Shown piece by piece: positions 10,140 through 19,883 of a DNA stretch of 32,902 nucleotides. This DNA comes from Candidatus Altimarinota bacterium. GTDB lineage: Bacteria; Patescibacteriota; Gracilibacteria; BD1-5; UBA2023. The position numbers and the translations under genes are program-made. The stretch lies in the NCBI GenBank assembly GCA_008015855.1, contig SSGK01000009.1, forward strand, positions 1 through 32,902, written 5' to 3'. The notes under the pieces are model-generated. The model made no database searches. It saw only the letters and a program-made list of their open reading frames with translations, and was not told where the DNA came from. Numbering within the stretch: position 1 is the first letter of the stretch; each line of letters starts with the position of its first letter.

Positions 10140-11454
10140 AGTAGAAACGCTTATAATCAAAACTCTTAAGGTCGGAATCTATTCTACGAAGAATATCAAG
10201 AATCACTCCAACTACGATGATAAGTCCAGATCCTGAGATAAGAAAATCAATATTTCCATTTCCTGCAACGGGTATATTCAACATTAGCGCAAGCTTTGTT
10301 ACAACATATGGGAATACCGCAATGAGGGCAAGAAAGCTACCACCAAAGAGATTGAGATGATCTGAAGTCTTTTGAAGATACTCTGCTGTCTCTTTTCCTG
10401 GACGAATACCAGGAATATATCCACCACGCTTTTGAATTGTTTCAGAAACCTCATCAGTATTGAAGGTAATCGATACATAGAAGTATGAAAATCCAAGAAC
10501 CAAAAGGAAGTACACTGTTATATAAATCCAACCTGGATTATTCATAGAAAGATTTGCAGCGAGCCATGCACCAATTTCAGCACTTGAACCTGTTCCCTTC
10601 TTTTCAAGAATTTGACCAATAAGAGATGGGAATGTAACGATAGATACAGCAAAGATGATAGGAACCATTCCAGCCTGATTAATACGAATCGGAAAATGAG
10701 AGCGTTCTTCACGGCCAGTACGAGTATAAATAAGAGGAACTTTTCTGTATCCTTCGGTAAATTTAATAATTACATAAATAACACCGAGAGTAAGAAGTGT
10801 CAAAGCTACAAGAAGTCCAATACTATCAGTAGAGAGGTATCCAAGAATATGTTGTGGAACTCCAGCAAGTACTCCAGCAAAGATAATAATAGAAGTTCCG
10901 TTTCCTATACCACTTTCGTTAATAATATCACCAAGCCAAAGGAGAGCCATAGTACCAGCAGTGATAGTAATCATAGCAGGAAGAACTACTCCTGTAAAAT
11001 CAGTTGTATCGATAATACTCGTTCCTGATGTGCCAATAAGGGTATTCAAGAGAAGAATCATTCCATAGCTTTGTGCAAGAGCAAGAGGAACAGTGAGCCA
11101 ACGAGTATAATTATTGAGCTTTTTTTGACCTTGTTCTCCTTCCTTTTTGAGAGCCTCAAGTGATGGAACGATTACAGCAAGAAGCTGGATAATAATTGTT
11201 GCATTGATATAAGGAGCAAGACCCATGAGAACAATAGAAAAATTCTCAAGTCATCCACCCATAAGCGCACCGAAAAACGCAAGTTGTTGGTTCGCTTGAA
11301 GCTGAGTTGTAAATGCATCAAGTAACCCTACTTTAACACCTGGAACAGGAATAGCAGAAAAAAGCTTGTAAATTACGATAATACCAAGAGTTACAAGTAT
11401 CTTCTTTCGAATGTGTTCTGTTGTCCAGATCTTCTCAAGATGCTTAATAATCAT
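10138..11454 (-). CDS. secY: preprotein translocase subunit SecY
   Basis: Track ORFs 10138..11226 and 11251..11496 are in frame and joined by TGA 11251-11253, giving ...FFGALMGG-G-LENFSIVLMGLAPYINATIIIQLL..., the conserved SecY core. I prefer ATG 11452-11454 (MIIKHLEKIWTTEHIRKKILVTLGIIVIYKLFSAIPVPGV) over the upstream TTG used by the track. Confidence 0.93.
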
Positions 11455-11524
11455 ATAATAAAAGTTAGCAAAAATAATAAAGGTTTTTGTTGTCAAACAT
11501 CATATGGAAAACGCTTTAAAACGC

Positions 11525-11547
11525 AAAAAAATCCTTCTTTCGAAGGA
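11525..11547 (-). terminator. terminator-like hairpin between rplO and secY
   Basis: Minus strand TCCTTC-gaaa-GAAGGA followed by TTTTTTT, starting 6 nt after the rplO stop. Confidence 0.55.
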
Positions 11548-11552
11548 CTTTA

Positions 11553-12005
11553 TTATGCGATGTTAACGGTTCCTCCTGCTTTTTCAATTTTTTGTTTCGC
11601 GCTTTCTGATACAGCATCAGCAAGAATAGTAACAGATTCTGTTAAAACACCATTTCCAAGAACCTTCAAGAGCTTTCCTTTTTCACGAATAATACGCTTT
11701 TCATAAAGAACAGCATAATCAATGTCAGTTACTCCGCTTTTTGCAAGCTTCTCAAGAGAATCAAGATTAACAATAACAAATTCCTTTGGAGCAAATGCAG
11801 TAAAGCCACGCTTCTTTGGAGTACGACGGAAGAGAGGAGTTTGTCCACCTTCAAAGGTAGGATAACGCTTTCGTCCAGTTCGTGAATTTTGTCCATTCAT
11901 ACCAACACCACAGCGTCCTCCTGATCCGGAGTTAACACCACGACCAAGACGTACGCGAGCTTTTTTTGAACCTGGAGTAGGAGCAAGAGTTGTAAGACTT
12001 ACCAT
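11553..12005 (-). CDS. rplO: 50S ribosomal protein L15
   Basis: MVSLTTLAPTPGSKKARVRLGRGVNSGSGGRCGVGMNGQNSRTG... is the Gly/Arg-rich L15 N-terminus. Position between rpsE and secY. Confidence 0.95.
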   Translation of the reverse strand: MVSLTTLAPTPGSKKARVRLGRGVNSGSGGRCGVGMNGQNSRTGRKRYPTFEGGQTPLFRRTPKKRGFTAFAPKEFVIVNLDSLEKLAKSGVTDIDYAVLYEKRIIREKGKLLKVLGNGVLTESVTILADAVSESAKQKIEKAGGTVNIA

Positions 12006-12036
12006 ACAAGAGAATTAATGGGAAAATAAACAATGA

Positions 12037-12750
12037 TTATTCAGCAGACTTTTTTGGAGCACGTGCTTTTGGAGCTGCCTTCTTTGCAGGAGCTTCAGAA
12101 GCTACAACTGTTTCAGTTTGAGTTGATTTCTTATCAAATCGTGGAGTAAGATGAAGTGGCTTAATAGCTGAAAGTGCCTTCATAGCTACACGAGCATTTG
12201 TAATGCGATTTGGAGCACCATGTTGCTTTGCAATAACATCTTTCAAACCAGAAACCGCAAAAATTTTACGAATTGATCCACCAGCGATAATACCAGTACC
12301 TGGAGAAGCTGGATGAAGAAATACTGAAGAAGACTTGAAGCTTACAAAAACATCATGAGCAATTGTACCGTTGACAATTGGGAATGTAATAAGATTCTTC
12401 TTAGCATCACGAACTGCCTTTTCAATAGCAACCTGAACTTCACCTGCCTTACCAATACCGAGACCAATACGTCCCTTACCATCACCAATAACTACAGATG
12501 CTCGAAAGCGAAGTTGACGTCCACCAGCTGTTACACGAGTTACACGATCAATTGCAAGAAGTTCCTCACGGAATTCCTTTTCTTCTTGACGCATACCACG
12601 GTTTTCACGACGATCACCACGAGGGCGACGTTCACCGCGAGGAGCAGCTTCAGATGATTCAGTAGCCTGAGTAGTTACCTCCTCTGTTCCTTCTTGAACT
12701 TCTACTGGAGTTTCAATTTCAGCTTGAGTATTTTGTACGTTTTCTGACAT
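12037..12750 (-). CDS. rpsE: 30S ribosomal protein S5 with long N- and C-terminal extensions
   Basis: Core ...LLAIDRVTRVTAGGRQLRFRASVVIGDGKGRIGLGIGKAGEVQVAIEKA...GTGIIAGGSIRKIF... is S5. It is flanked by about 55 aa of acidic then Arg-rich N-terminal sequence and a Lys/Ala-rich C-terminal tail. Confidence 0.93.
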   Translation of the reverse strand: MSENVQNTQAEIETPVEVQEGTEEVTTQATESSEAAPRGERRPRGDRRENRGMRQEEKEFREELLAIDRVTRVTAGGRQLRFRASVVIGDGKGRIGLGIGKAGEVQVAIEKAVRDAKKNLITFPIVNGTIAHDVFVSFKSSSVFLHPASPGTGIIAGGSIRKIFAVSGLKDVIAKQHGAPNRITNARVAMKALSAIKPLHLTPRFDKKSTQTETVVASEAPAKKAAPKARAPKKSAE

Positions 12751-12777
12751 AAAAGATGAGTAAAAAGCGAATAAAAA

Positions 12778-13116
12778 TTAGAGTGCAAGTCCTGCTTCAC
12801 GAGCTGCATCAGCAAGTGCCTTAACACGTCCGTGAAAAAGACATCCTCCTCGATCAAATACACATTCCTTTACTCCAAGCTCAAGTGCCTTCTTGGCAAT
12901 TTCTTGACCAACAAGAGTAGCACGTTCAGACTTTGTTCCCTTTGCATCGATATCGTTTGCAGAGCAGAGAGTCTTACCTGAAAGATCATCAATAAGTTGT
13001 ACACTTATATGAAGATTAGAACGAAATACACTGAGGCGAGGCTTTGTAGCTGTACCTTCGATGCGTGCACGAACACGAATTGCACGACGATTTCTTTTAG
13101 CGAATTTTTCCAACAT
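12778..13116 (-). CDS. rplR: 50S ribosomal protein L18
   Basis: ...[35 protein letters not shown]...[25 protein letters not shown]. Operon position. Confidence 0.95.
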   Translation of the reverse strand: MLEKFAKRNRRAIRVRARIEGTATKPRLSVFRSNLHISVQLIDDLSGKTLCSANDIDAKGTKSERATLVGQEIAKKALELGVKECVFDRGGCLFHGRVKALADAAREAGLAL

Positions 13117-13149
13117 ACGGGAGAAAGTGAGAATAAAATTAAGAAGAGA

Positions 13150-13701
13150 TTATTTTCCAGCGGTCTTACCTGCCTTGCGACGTACATGTTCACCTACATA
13201 GCGAATACCCTTTCCTTTGTATGGCTCAGGCTTCTTAAGAGAGCGAATATATGCAGCAAAATATCCAATAAGTTGTTTATCATGAGATGATACATGAATC
13301 TTATTCTTATCATCCTTATCTGCTTCAATTGTAATTCCAGCAGGAGCATCAACATTAACCTTGTGTGAAAAACCAAGAGAAAGCTCAAGTTTTGTAGGAC
13401 TCTTAATATCAAACTTATAACCTACACCAATAATTTCAAGAGACTTTTTGTATCCTTCAGATACCCCCTTAACATTGTTAGCGAGACAAGCTCGTGTAAG
13501 ACCCCAAAAAGCCTTTTGTTGCTTATCATCTTGATTTGCAATAGATACTTTAAGAGTATTACCTTCTTCAATTACCGTCACTCCTTCATAAATAGGAAAT
13601 GAAAGGGATCCTTTTGGACCATTAACAATCACCTCAGTTTGAGTGATTTGCGCGGTTACACCTGACGGGAGAGTAACGGGGAGTTTTCCGATTCGAGACA
13701 T
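13150..13701 (-). CDS. rplF: 50S ribosomal protein L6
   Basis: MSRIGKLPVTLPSGVTAQI...GPKGSLSF... plus C-terminal KPEPYKGKGIRYVGEHVRRKAGK. Operon position. Confidence 0.95.
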   Translation of the reverse strand: MSRIGKLPVTLPSGVTAQITQTEVIVNGPKGSLSFPIYEGVTVIEEGNTLKVSIANQDDKQQKAFWGLTRACLANNVKGVSEGYKKSLEIIGVGYKFDIKSPTKLELSLGFSHKVNVDAPAGITIEADKDDKNKIHVSSHDKQLIGYFAAYIRSLKKPEPYKGKGIRYVGEHVRRKAGKTAGK

Positions 13702-13725
13702 AGTAGTATAAACGAAAAATTAATG

Positions 13726-14112
13726 CTAGTAAACTTCACACAAGAGTTCACCTCCAACACCGAGGGTATGAGCTTCATAACCTGTAACTACACCCTTAGG
13801 AGTAGAAAGGATATAAATACCAAAACCGTTACGAGATTTTTTAATCTCAGTAGCTTTTATATACATGCGCTGACCTGGTCGGCTAATACGACGGAACGAT
13901 GGAACGTACTTAGTCTTGCGAACATCTTGAAGAGTAATCACGAAAGAACGCTTATCCTCACTTACAGTGTAATCGATGATATACTGATTCTTCTTGAGAA
14001 TGCGGAGAATTTGTTCTTTAAGACGAGAAAATGGAGCTTCAACAGTTTGAAGACGAGCAAGATATCCATTACGAATCCGAGTAAGAAGATCTGCGATTGG
14101 ATCGATTATCAT
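13726..14112 (-). CDS. rpsH: 30S ribosomal protein S8
   Basis: MIIDPIADLLTRIRNGYLA...GFGIYILSTPKGVVTGYEAHTLGVGGELLCEVY. Confidence 0.95.
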   Translation of the reverse strand: MIIDPIADLLTRIRNGYLARLQTVEAPFSRLKEQILRILKKNQYIIDYTVSEDKRSFVITLQDVRKTKYVPSFRRISRPGQRMYIKATEIKKSRNGFGIYILSTPKGVVTGYEAHTLGVGGELLCEVY

Positions 14113-14140
14113 AATCTATAATGAAAAACAGAAGTAAAAA

Positions 14141-14365
14141 TTACCAGCTAGATTTACGTACACCCATGAGTTCACCGGCATTTGCCTTCTCACGAACACA
14201 TATACGACAGAGATCAAATTTTCCCATATAACCCTGAGGACGTCCACAAAGTGAACAACGATGATAGAGTCGAGTAGAAAACTGTATCTTCTTTCCGAGA
14301 GCATGGTCACGCGCTGCTTTTTCGAGCGCATTCTGACATTTATTAACAATGGATTTACGTGCCAT
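14141..14365 (-). CDS. rpsN: 30S ribosomal protein S14 (zinc-ribbon type, 74 aa)
   Basis: MARKSIVNK...[24 protein letters not shown]...SSW shows the CxxC...CxxC pair and terminal W typical of S14/S14Z. Sits between rplE and rpsH. Confidence 0.9.
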   Translation of the reverse strand: MARKSIVNKCQNALEKAARDHALGKKIQFSTRLYHRCSLCGRPQGYMGKFDLCRICVREKANAGELMGVRKSSW

Positions 14366-14377
14366 AAAATGAAAAAA

Positions 14378-14917
14378 TTAACGAGAGAAAGGAAAACCGA
14401 GCTTATCAAGGAGAGCCTTAGAATGATCTTTACTCTGAGTCTTGAATTTGATTGTGATTTGAAGTCCATGTGGCTTAACTACGTCGAGCTGAGGTACTTC
14501 TGGGAAAATTGTATGTTCCTTAATACCAAAGTTGAAGTTTCCAGCATCATCGAATGAGCGAGAAGATATTCCACGGAAGTCACGAACACGAGGAAGAATG
14601 ATTGCAATAAGCTTCTCAAGGAAGTGAAACATTCTGTCTCCACGAAGTGTAACCATCATACCAACTGGCATATCCTTACGGAGCTTAAAGTTAGAGATAG
14701 CTTTACGTGAGAGAGCAACTCGTGGAAGTTGTCCAGAAATAAGTGCGAGATCATTTTTGAGACTTGAAAAGTCTTTATTTCCAGCAGCAACATAGGTACC
14801 GATACCCATATTGAGAACAATTTTCTCAATACGTGGAAGCTCCATTGGATTTTCAATTCCGAGCTCTTTCTGAATTTCCGGAAGGATTTTCTTTATGTAA
14901 TTTTCTTTGAATGACAT
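14378..14917 (-). CDS. rplE: 50S ribosomal protein L5
   Basis: ...NPMELPRIEKIVLNMGIG...MVTLRGDRMFHFLEKLI...RDFRG...FDDAGNFNFGIKEHTIFPE. Confidence 0.95.
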   Translation of the reverse strand: MSFKENYIKKILPEIQKELGIENPMELPRIEKIVLNMGIGTYVAAGNKDFSSLKNDLALISGQLPRVALSRKAISNFKLRKDMPVGMMVTLRGDRMFHFLEKLIAIILPRVRDFRGISSRSFDDAGNFNFGIKEHTIFPEVPQLDVVKPHGLQITIKFKTQSKDHSKALLDKLGFPFSR

Positions 14918-14941
14918 AATCTCTTGGTGAGAATAAATAAA

Positions 14942-15244
14942 TTAGAGAACTGAACCTGACTTCTTTGCAAAACGAACTTTCTTTCCGTTTTCAATCTTGT
15001 ATCCAACACGAGTTGGTTCACCAGTCTTTGGATCAGCAAGCATAACATTTGAAACATCAATAGGTTTTTCAAATTTTACGATTTGACCAGGAGTAGCACC
15101 TTGCTTTTTAACGTGTTTTGTAACAATATTAACACCTTCAACAATCACCTTGTTCTCAGAAGGAAAAGCACGGAGCACTTTTGCTTTCTTTCCCTTATCC
15201 TTTCCGGCAATAATTACAACGGTATCTTCAGTGTGAATTTTCAT
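14942..15244 (-). CDS. rplX: 50S ribosomal protein L24
   Basis: [27 protein letters not shown] (KOW motif)...[12 protein letters not shown]. Confidence 0.93.
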   Translation of the reverse strand: MKIHTEDTVVIIAGKDKGKKAKVLRAFPSENKVIVEGVNIVTKHVKKQGATPGQIVKFEKPIDVSNVMLADPKTGEPTRVGYKIENGKKVRFAKKSGSVL

Positions 15245-15265
15245 AAAATAGAGAAGATAATAAAA

Positions 15266-15634
15266 CTAAACAACTTCTGGAGCAAGGGAGATAATCTTTT
15301 GATATCCACGACCCTTGAGCTCACGGAATACAGGTCCAAAAATACGAGTTCCCTTTGGTTCCTTCTTGTCGTCAATAATAACACAAGCGTTATCATCAGA
15401 ACGAACGTAAGTTCCATCATCACGTCGAATAGCATTAGCAGTACGAACGATCACTGCTTTACATACTGACTTCTTCTTGATGTTTCCGTTTGGAAGAGCC
15501 TTCTTAACAGAAACTACGATGATGTCACCAACTGAAGCGTAACGACGCTTAGATCCTCAAAGAACTTTAATACAGAGTACTTCTTTCGCTCCTGTATTGT
15601 CCACGACTACGAGTCTGCTTTCTGTTTGAATCAT
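15266..15634 (-). CDS. rplN: 50S ribosomal protein L14
   Basis: Track ORF 15266..15454 is only the C-terminal half. Reading TGA 15557-15559 as Gly gives [46 protein letters not shown]..., 122 aa. The TGA falls on the invariant VLGGS glycine. Confidence 0.95.
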
Positions 15635-15651
15635 ATACGAGTATAAGAAAA

Positions 15652-15903
15652 TTAGTTACTAGAAGTGTTTGAAACAATTGAATCTTCGATGAGTATCCAA
15701 CGCTTTAACTTTGAAAGTGGACGAGTCTCACGAATTGTTACGGTATCACCAAGTTTTGCAGCACCATTTTCATCGTGAGCATAAAACTTAACAGAATACT
15801 GATATCGTTTCTTGTACTTCGGATGAGTCTTGTAAGTATGAACAGTGACAGTAATAGTTTTTTGCATTTTAGTACTTGTCACGATCCCAGTCTTTGTACG
15901 CAT
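15652..15903 (-). CDS. rpsQ: 30S ribosomal protein S17
   Basis: [45 protein letters not shown]...[17 protein letters not shown]. Confidence 0.93.
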   Translation of the reverse strand: MRTKTGIVTSTKMQKTITVTVHTYKTHPKYKKRYQYSVKFYAHDENGAAKLGDTVTIRETRPLSKLKRWILIEDSIVSNTSSN

Positions 15904-15926
15904 AGAAATAAAACGAATAGAAAATA

Positions 15927-16145
15927 TTATTTAGAAGAAAGAAAAGTAGATGCTTGTGCAATATACTTTCGATACTTTCGAAGAAGGTGTGGTTGCTTGA
16001 GCTCACCCATAGTATGCTTCATTCGGAGAACGAAGAATTCTTTGCGAGCACCTTCGATCTCCTTTCGGATTTCTCCAGCTTCAAGACTCTCGAGCACTTC
16101 AAGATCTTTAAATTCTTGGGATGTTGTTTTCTTAGTTCGTGGCAT
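15927..16145 (-). CDS. rpmC: 50S ribosomal protein L29
   Basis: 72 aa ...[40 protein letters not shown]. Sits between rplP and rpsQ. Confidence 0.88.
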   Translation of the reverse strand: MPRTKKTTSQEFKDLEVLESLEAGEIRKEIEGARKEFFVLRMKHTMGELKQPHLLRKYRKYIAQASTFLSSK

Positions 16146-16175
16146 AACGAGAAAAATAGAGAAAATTAATGAGTT

Positions 16176-16592
16176 TTAGAAATCAGTTTTTGAAAGAAGA
16201 ATCTTCGTTTTAACTGGGAGCTTGTAAGAAGCAAGCGTAAAAGCTTCCCTTGCAACTTCTGGGGTAACATCTTTGAGTTCAAAAATGATACGTCCAGGTT
16301 TTACAGGAGCTCGGTACATTTCAACACTTCCCTTTCCTCATCCCATTGGAACTTCAAGAGGTTTCTTCGTAAAAGGTTTGTCTGGGAAAATACGAATCCA
16401 CATCTGACCTCCCTTTTTAAGGAAACGGACGATCGCTTTACGTGCTGATTCAATCTGACGAGAAGTAATATAACCTGCTTCAGTCGTCTTGATAGCGTAA
16501 TCACCGAAGTTGATTTCAGAACCGCGAGTAGCAATTCCCTTGATCACACCACGATGCGCCTTGCGATATTTCGTCTTATTTGGTTGTAACAT
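16176..16592 (-). CDS. rplP: 50S ribosomal protein L16
   Basis: [19 protein letters not shown]...PLEVPMG-G(TGA 16338-16340)[21 protein letters not shown]...; 138 aa; TAA at 16176-16178. The track shows only the N-terminal 84 aa. Confidence 0.94.
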
Positions 16593-16639
16593 GGAAAAAT
16601 GTGTTAAGAATTATAGAGATAATTTGAAAAAATCAAATT

Positions 16640-17278
16640 TTATTTTTTAAATACATCACCTTTGTATACCCAAACCTTGATACCAACTGTACCAGCGACT
16701 GTTTCAGCGCGTTCTGTAGCGTAATCAATGTCAGCACGAATAGTTTGAGCAGGAATAGCACCATCCTTGTAAGTCTCACGACGAGCAATTTCAGCACCAT
16801 TAAGACGTCCACCAAGTTTTACCTTGATACCAAGACCACCCTTTTCAAGAGTTTTTCCCATTGCATTCTTAATAACACGACGGTAAGGCATCTTTTTTTC
16901 AATTTGGCGAGCAATAGAATCTGCAACGATTGAAGCAGAGAGTTCAGGTTTGCGAACCTCCTTAATTTCAATAGTGAAAACATATCCAGGAAAACGCTTT
17001 CCAAGGTTATCCTTGAGAAGATTTACGTTTTCATCATTCGTTCCAAGAGCAAGTGCTGTTCGTGAAGTATACACAACAATATTAACAGCATTTCCGCTTG
17101 AATGATTAATGAAGAGGTTTCCAACAGGAACTCCCTTAAAGTGTTTAGTAACAAATTTACGTATCTGAAGATCATCAGCTACATAAGATGCATATTGCTT
17201 CTTATCAAAATATCAGCTTGTTCTCCAAGTTTTGATATATCCGATACGGAATGCAAGAGGACTTACTTTGTGTCACAT
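16640..17278 (-). CDS. rpsC: 30S ribosomal protein S3
   Basis: Starts M-G(TGA 17273-17275)-HKVSPLAFRIGYIKTWRTS-G(TGA)-YF..., matching the universal MGQKV.P...R start of S3. Continues into track ORF 16640..17074; 212 aa. Confidence 0.94.
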
Positions 17279-17308
17279 AATCGTATGAAAGGAAAAATTA
17301 AAAAAGAA

Positions 17309-17635
17309 TTATTTTACACCAAGAGCAACATTCACATTTGAAGTTCTCTTAAGGATACGATGTGCTCGTCCTCGAGAAATTGGATTGTGACGACGATATA
17401 CAACACCCTGTGTAACAACAACAGAACCGATACGAAGATTTTCAAGTTCTTGACCATCATTATGAGTTGCATTAGCAACTGCACTGGCAATAACCTTGTA
17501 GAGAATGTCTGCACCCTTCTTCGGCATAAAGCGAAGTGTATCAAGTGCTTGTTTTGCATCCATTTCACGCACGATGTAAGCGATTACATTGAGCTTCTTA
17601 GGTGAGATGCGTACGTTACTAACGATTGCTTTCAT
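17309..17635 (-). CDS. rplV: 50S ribosomal protein L22
   Basis: MKAIVSNVRISPKKLNVIAYIVREMDAKQALDTLRFMPKKGA...RRHNPISRGRAHRILKRTSNV. Confidence 0.94.
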   Translation of the reverse strand: MKAIVSNVRISPKKLNVIAYIVREMDAKQALDTLRFMPKKGADILYKVIASAVANATHNDGQELENLRIGSVVVTQGVVYRRHNPISRGRAHRILKRTSNVNVALGVK

Positions 17636-17662
17636 AAAAATCGAGAAATAGAGAAATGAAAA

Positions 17663-17926
17663 TTATTTATTACCTGAGTGACCAGTGAAACGACGAGTGA
17701 AAGAGAATTCACCGAGTTTGTGACCAACCATATCTTCTGTTACAAAAACTGGAACATGTTGTTTTCCGTTATGAACACCAAATGTGTGACCAACGAATTC
17801 AGGTGCAACAGTACAATCGCGAGCCCATGTTTTAAGAACGGTTTTCTTACCACTCTCATTGAGAGTTTGAACCTTCTTCATGAGACGAACATCTATATAT
17901 GGTCATTTCTTGAGACTACGAGTCAT
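17663..17926 (-). CDS. rpsS: 30S ribosomal protein S19
   Basis: MTRSLKK-G(TGA 17903-17905)[11 protein letters not shown]...[32 protein letters not shown]. The TGA is on the invariant SLKKGP glycine; 87 aa. Confidence 0.95.
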
Positions 17927-17962
17927 AGTGTGAGAAGTTAGAAGTGTAGAATTAAAGGAGAA

Positions 17963-18808
17963 TTATCACATGAGTTTTCCAGAACGAGTTCTGAGAATCC
18001 AACGATCTGTATACTTTCTGTTACGAGTCTTGATTCCACGTGCAAGTTTTCCTTGTGGTGTCTTAGGACCCTTACGTTGTCCAAGTGATTGATGTCCTTC
18101 ACCTCATCCATGTGGATGGTCTACTGGGTTCATAGATGAACCAAGAACTGTTGGTCGGATACCCATCCAACGAGAACGTCCAGCCTTACCAATTGTGATT
18201 TGATTCCAGTCAATATTAGAAACAGTTCCAACGGTAGCATAACATTTCTTGTGTACAAGACGAATTTCACCAGAAGGCATCTTAAGTTGAGTGTATTCTC
18301 CTTCTTGAGAGATTACTGTTGCAGATGAACCAGCTGAACGGATAGCAGTAGCTCCTTGTCCAACAATCATTTCAACATTGTAAACTACGATACCAGTTGG
18401 GATATTTCCGATTTCCATACGATTTCCAGCAATTGGCTTCGCAGTTGCTGCTGTAATAATAGTATCACCAACTTGCATGTCCTTGTGAGCAAGAACGTAA
18501 CGACGTTCTCCATCTACATAACATACGAGAGCAATGAAACCTGAACGATATGGATCGTATTCAATAGTTTCAACACGAGCTGGGATATCAAGTTTATCAG
18601 TAAACTTAAAATCAATGATACGATAGAGCTTCTTATGACCAGCACCCTTATGACGTACACTTACGCGTCCAGCACTATTACGTCCAGCTGTTGCCTTAAA
18701 GTAAGTAGTAAGTGGCTTATATGGTTCTGTAGCAGTAATCTCATCAAATGAGAGCCCTGTCATGAAACGTCGTGATGGGGTGGTAGGCTTATATTTCTTG
18801 ATTGCCAT
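17963..18808 (-). CDS. rplB: 50S ribosomal protein L2
   Basis: Track ORF 18104..18808 ends ...NPVDHPHG. TGA 18104-18106 read as Gly restores HPHG-G-GEGHQSLG...RKYTDRWILRTRSGKLM-G(TGA)-TAA. True stop TAA at 17963-17965; 281 aa. Confidence 0.95.
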
Positions 18809-18844
18809 AATAAAATGAGTTAAGATTGAGTAAGATAATGAGGA

Positions 18845-19138
18845 TTATTGAACTTTTTGAAAATCAACAATTCGATCATTTCCTGCAAGCGTTACCATAG
18901 CCTTTGTCATAGGACTACGCTTCATAGCAACACCTTTTCGAGTATTATGAAATTTTTCACGTGTTTTAATGATGTTTACTTTCTCTACTTTTACCCCGTA
19001 AAGAGTTTCGAAAGTTTTTTTCACGTCAATTTTTGTAGCACGTGGATCAATTACACAAGTGTAAACTCCGCGAAGTTCAGCGTTGGTACTCTTGTTTGTT
19101 ACCACGATTTTCTGAATGACATTAAAGATTGATTCCAT
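18845..19138 (-). CDS. rplW: 50S ribosomal protein L23
   Basis: 97 aa ...VIDPRATKIDVKKTFETLYGVKVEKVNIIKT...KAMVTL. Sits between rplD and rplB. Confidence 0.9.
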   Translation of the reverse strand: MESIFNVIQKIVVTNKSTNAELRGVYTCVIDPRATKIDVKKTFETLYGVKVEKVNIIKTREKFHNTRKGVAMKRSPMTKAMVTLAGNDRIVDFQKVQ

Positions 19139-19170
19139 ATCGGAGAGAGTAAAAAATGTATGAAATTAAA

Positions 19171-19863
19171 TTATTCTTGAGTAGCTTCTTCTTTCTTCTT
19201 GCGAGTTGTCTTCTTAGGAGCCTTAATTACTTCTTTTGCTTCAACATGGAAGTGGCTATAAAGATGTTCAAGTGACTGCTTTGTAAATACAAGGTCAGTA
19301 TACTTAAGAAGATCATGTGGATTAAGGTATTCAACATTGATAACCTTAATGTTTGCAAGATTTTGAGCACCTTGTACGCGAGCAGCTTCTTCGCGAGTAA
19401 CAGCAATTACTCCCTTTGCAACATTCATCGCAGAAACAACTGATGCCATATTCTTTGTACGTCCACACTCAAGTGTAAATTCTTCGATTACCTTTACAGT
19501 GCTATCAGCAGCCTTTGTTGAAAGGAGAGAAAGAAGTGCGAGACGACGTTCTTTCTTATTCATAGTAACTGTAAAATTGCGATCGTTGCGAGGACCAAAT
19601 GTTACACCTCCACCACGACGCATTGGAGAACGGCGATCACCCACACGAGCGTTAGCAGTTCCCTTTTGCTTGAAGAGCTTTCGAGTTGAACCGTTTACTT
19701 CACCACGAACCTTTGTATGTGCAATAGCAATACGTCCGTTTGCTTGTTGAAGAACGAGAAGACGATGAAGGAGTCCAGTATTTACTGCAACAGCAAAGTG
19801 AGTTGCTTGAAGTTCAATACTACCGTTTTCCTTTCCTTTTGTATCAAAAAATGGAGCTTTCAT
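19171..19863 (-). CDS. rplD: 50S ribosomal protein L4 (Lys-rich C-terminal tail)
   Basis: MKAPFFDTKGKENGSIELQ...RKLFKQKGTANARVGDRRSPMRRGGGVTFGPR... I use ATG 19861-19863 rather than the TTG three codons upstream used by the track. Confidence 0.92.
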   Translation of the reverse strand: MKAPFFDTKGKENGSIELQATHFAVAVNTGLLHRLLVLQQANGRIAIAHTKVRGEVNGSTRKLFKQKGTANARVGDRRSPMRRGGGVTFGPRNDRNFTVTMNKKERRLALLSLLSTKAADSTVKVIEEFTLECGRTKNMASVVSAMNVAKGVIAVTREEAARVQGAQNLANIKVINVEYLNPHDLLKYTDLVFTKQSLEHLYSHFHVEAKEVIKAPKKTTRKKKEEATQE

Positions 19864-19883
19864 AGGATTCAAGTATTACCAAA

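Noticed and set aside
10612-11028. Plus-strand 138-aa ORF inside secY, and similar antisense ORFs across the ribosomal block (for example 12355..12657, 13723..14121, 15083..15469, 15775..16179).
   Set aside because: They are antisense to genes with unambiguous family identity and have Asn/Ser/Thr-rich nonsense composition.
14116-14469. 117-aa minus-strand ORF overlapping rpsN and the end of rplE.
   Set aside because: It is out of frame with both well-supported genes and hydrophobic nonsense in composition.
15266-18808. Ribosomal protein genes (rplN, rplP, rpsC, rpsS, rplB) appear truncated or fragmented in the standard-code ORF track, which could be read as pseudogenes.
   Set aside because: Each break is a single TGA sitting on a conserved glycine, and the frame continues to a TAA or TAG at the expected protein length. 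Codon reassignment explains all of them at once.
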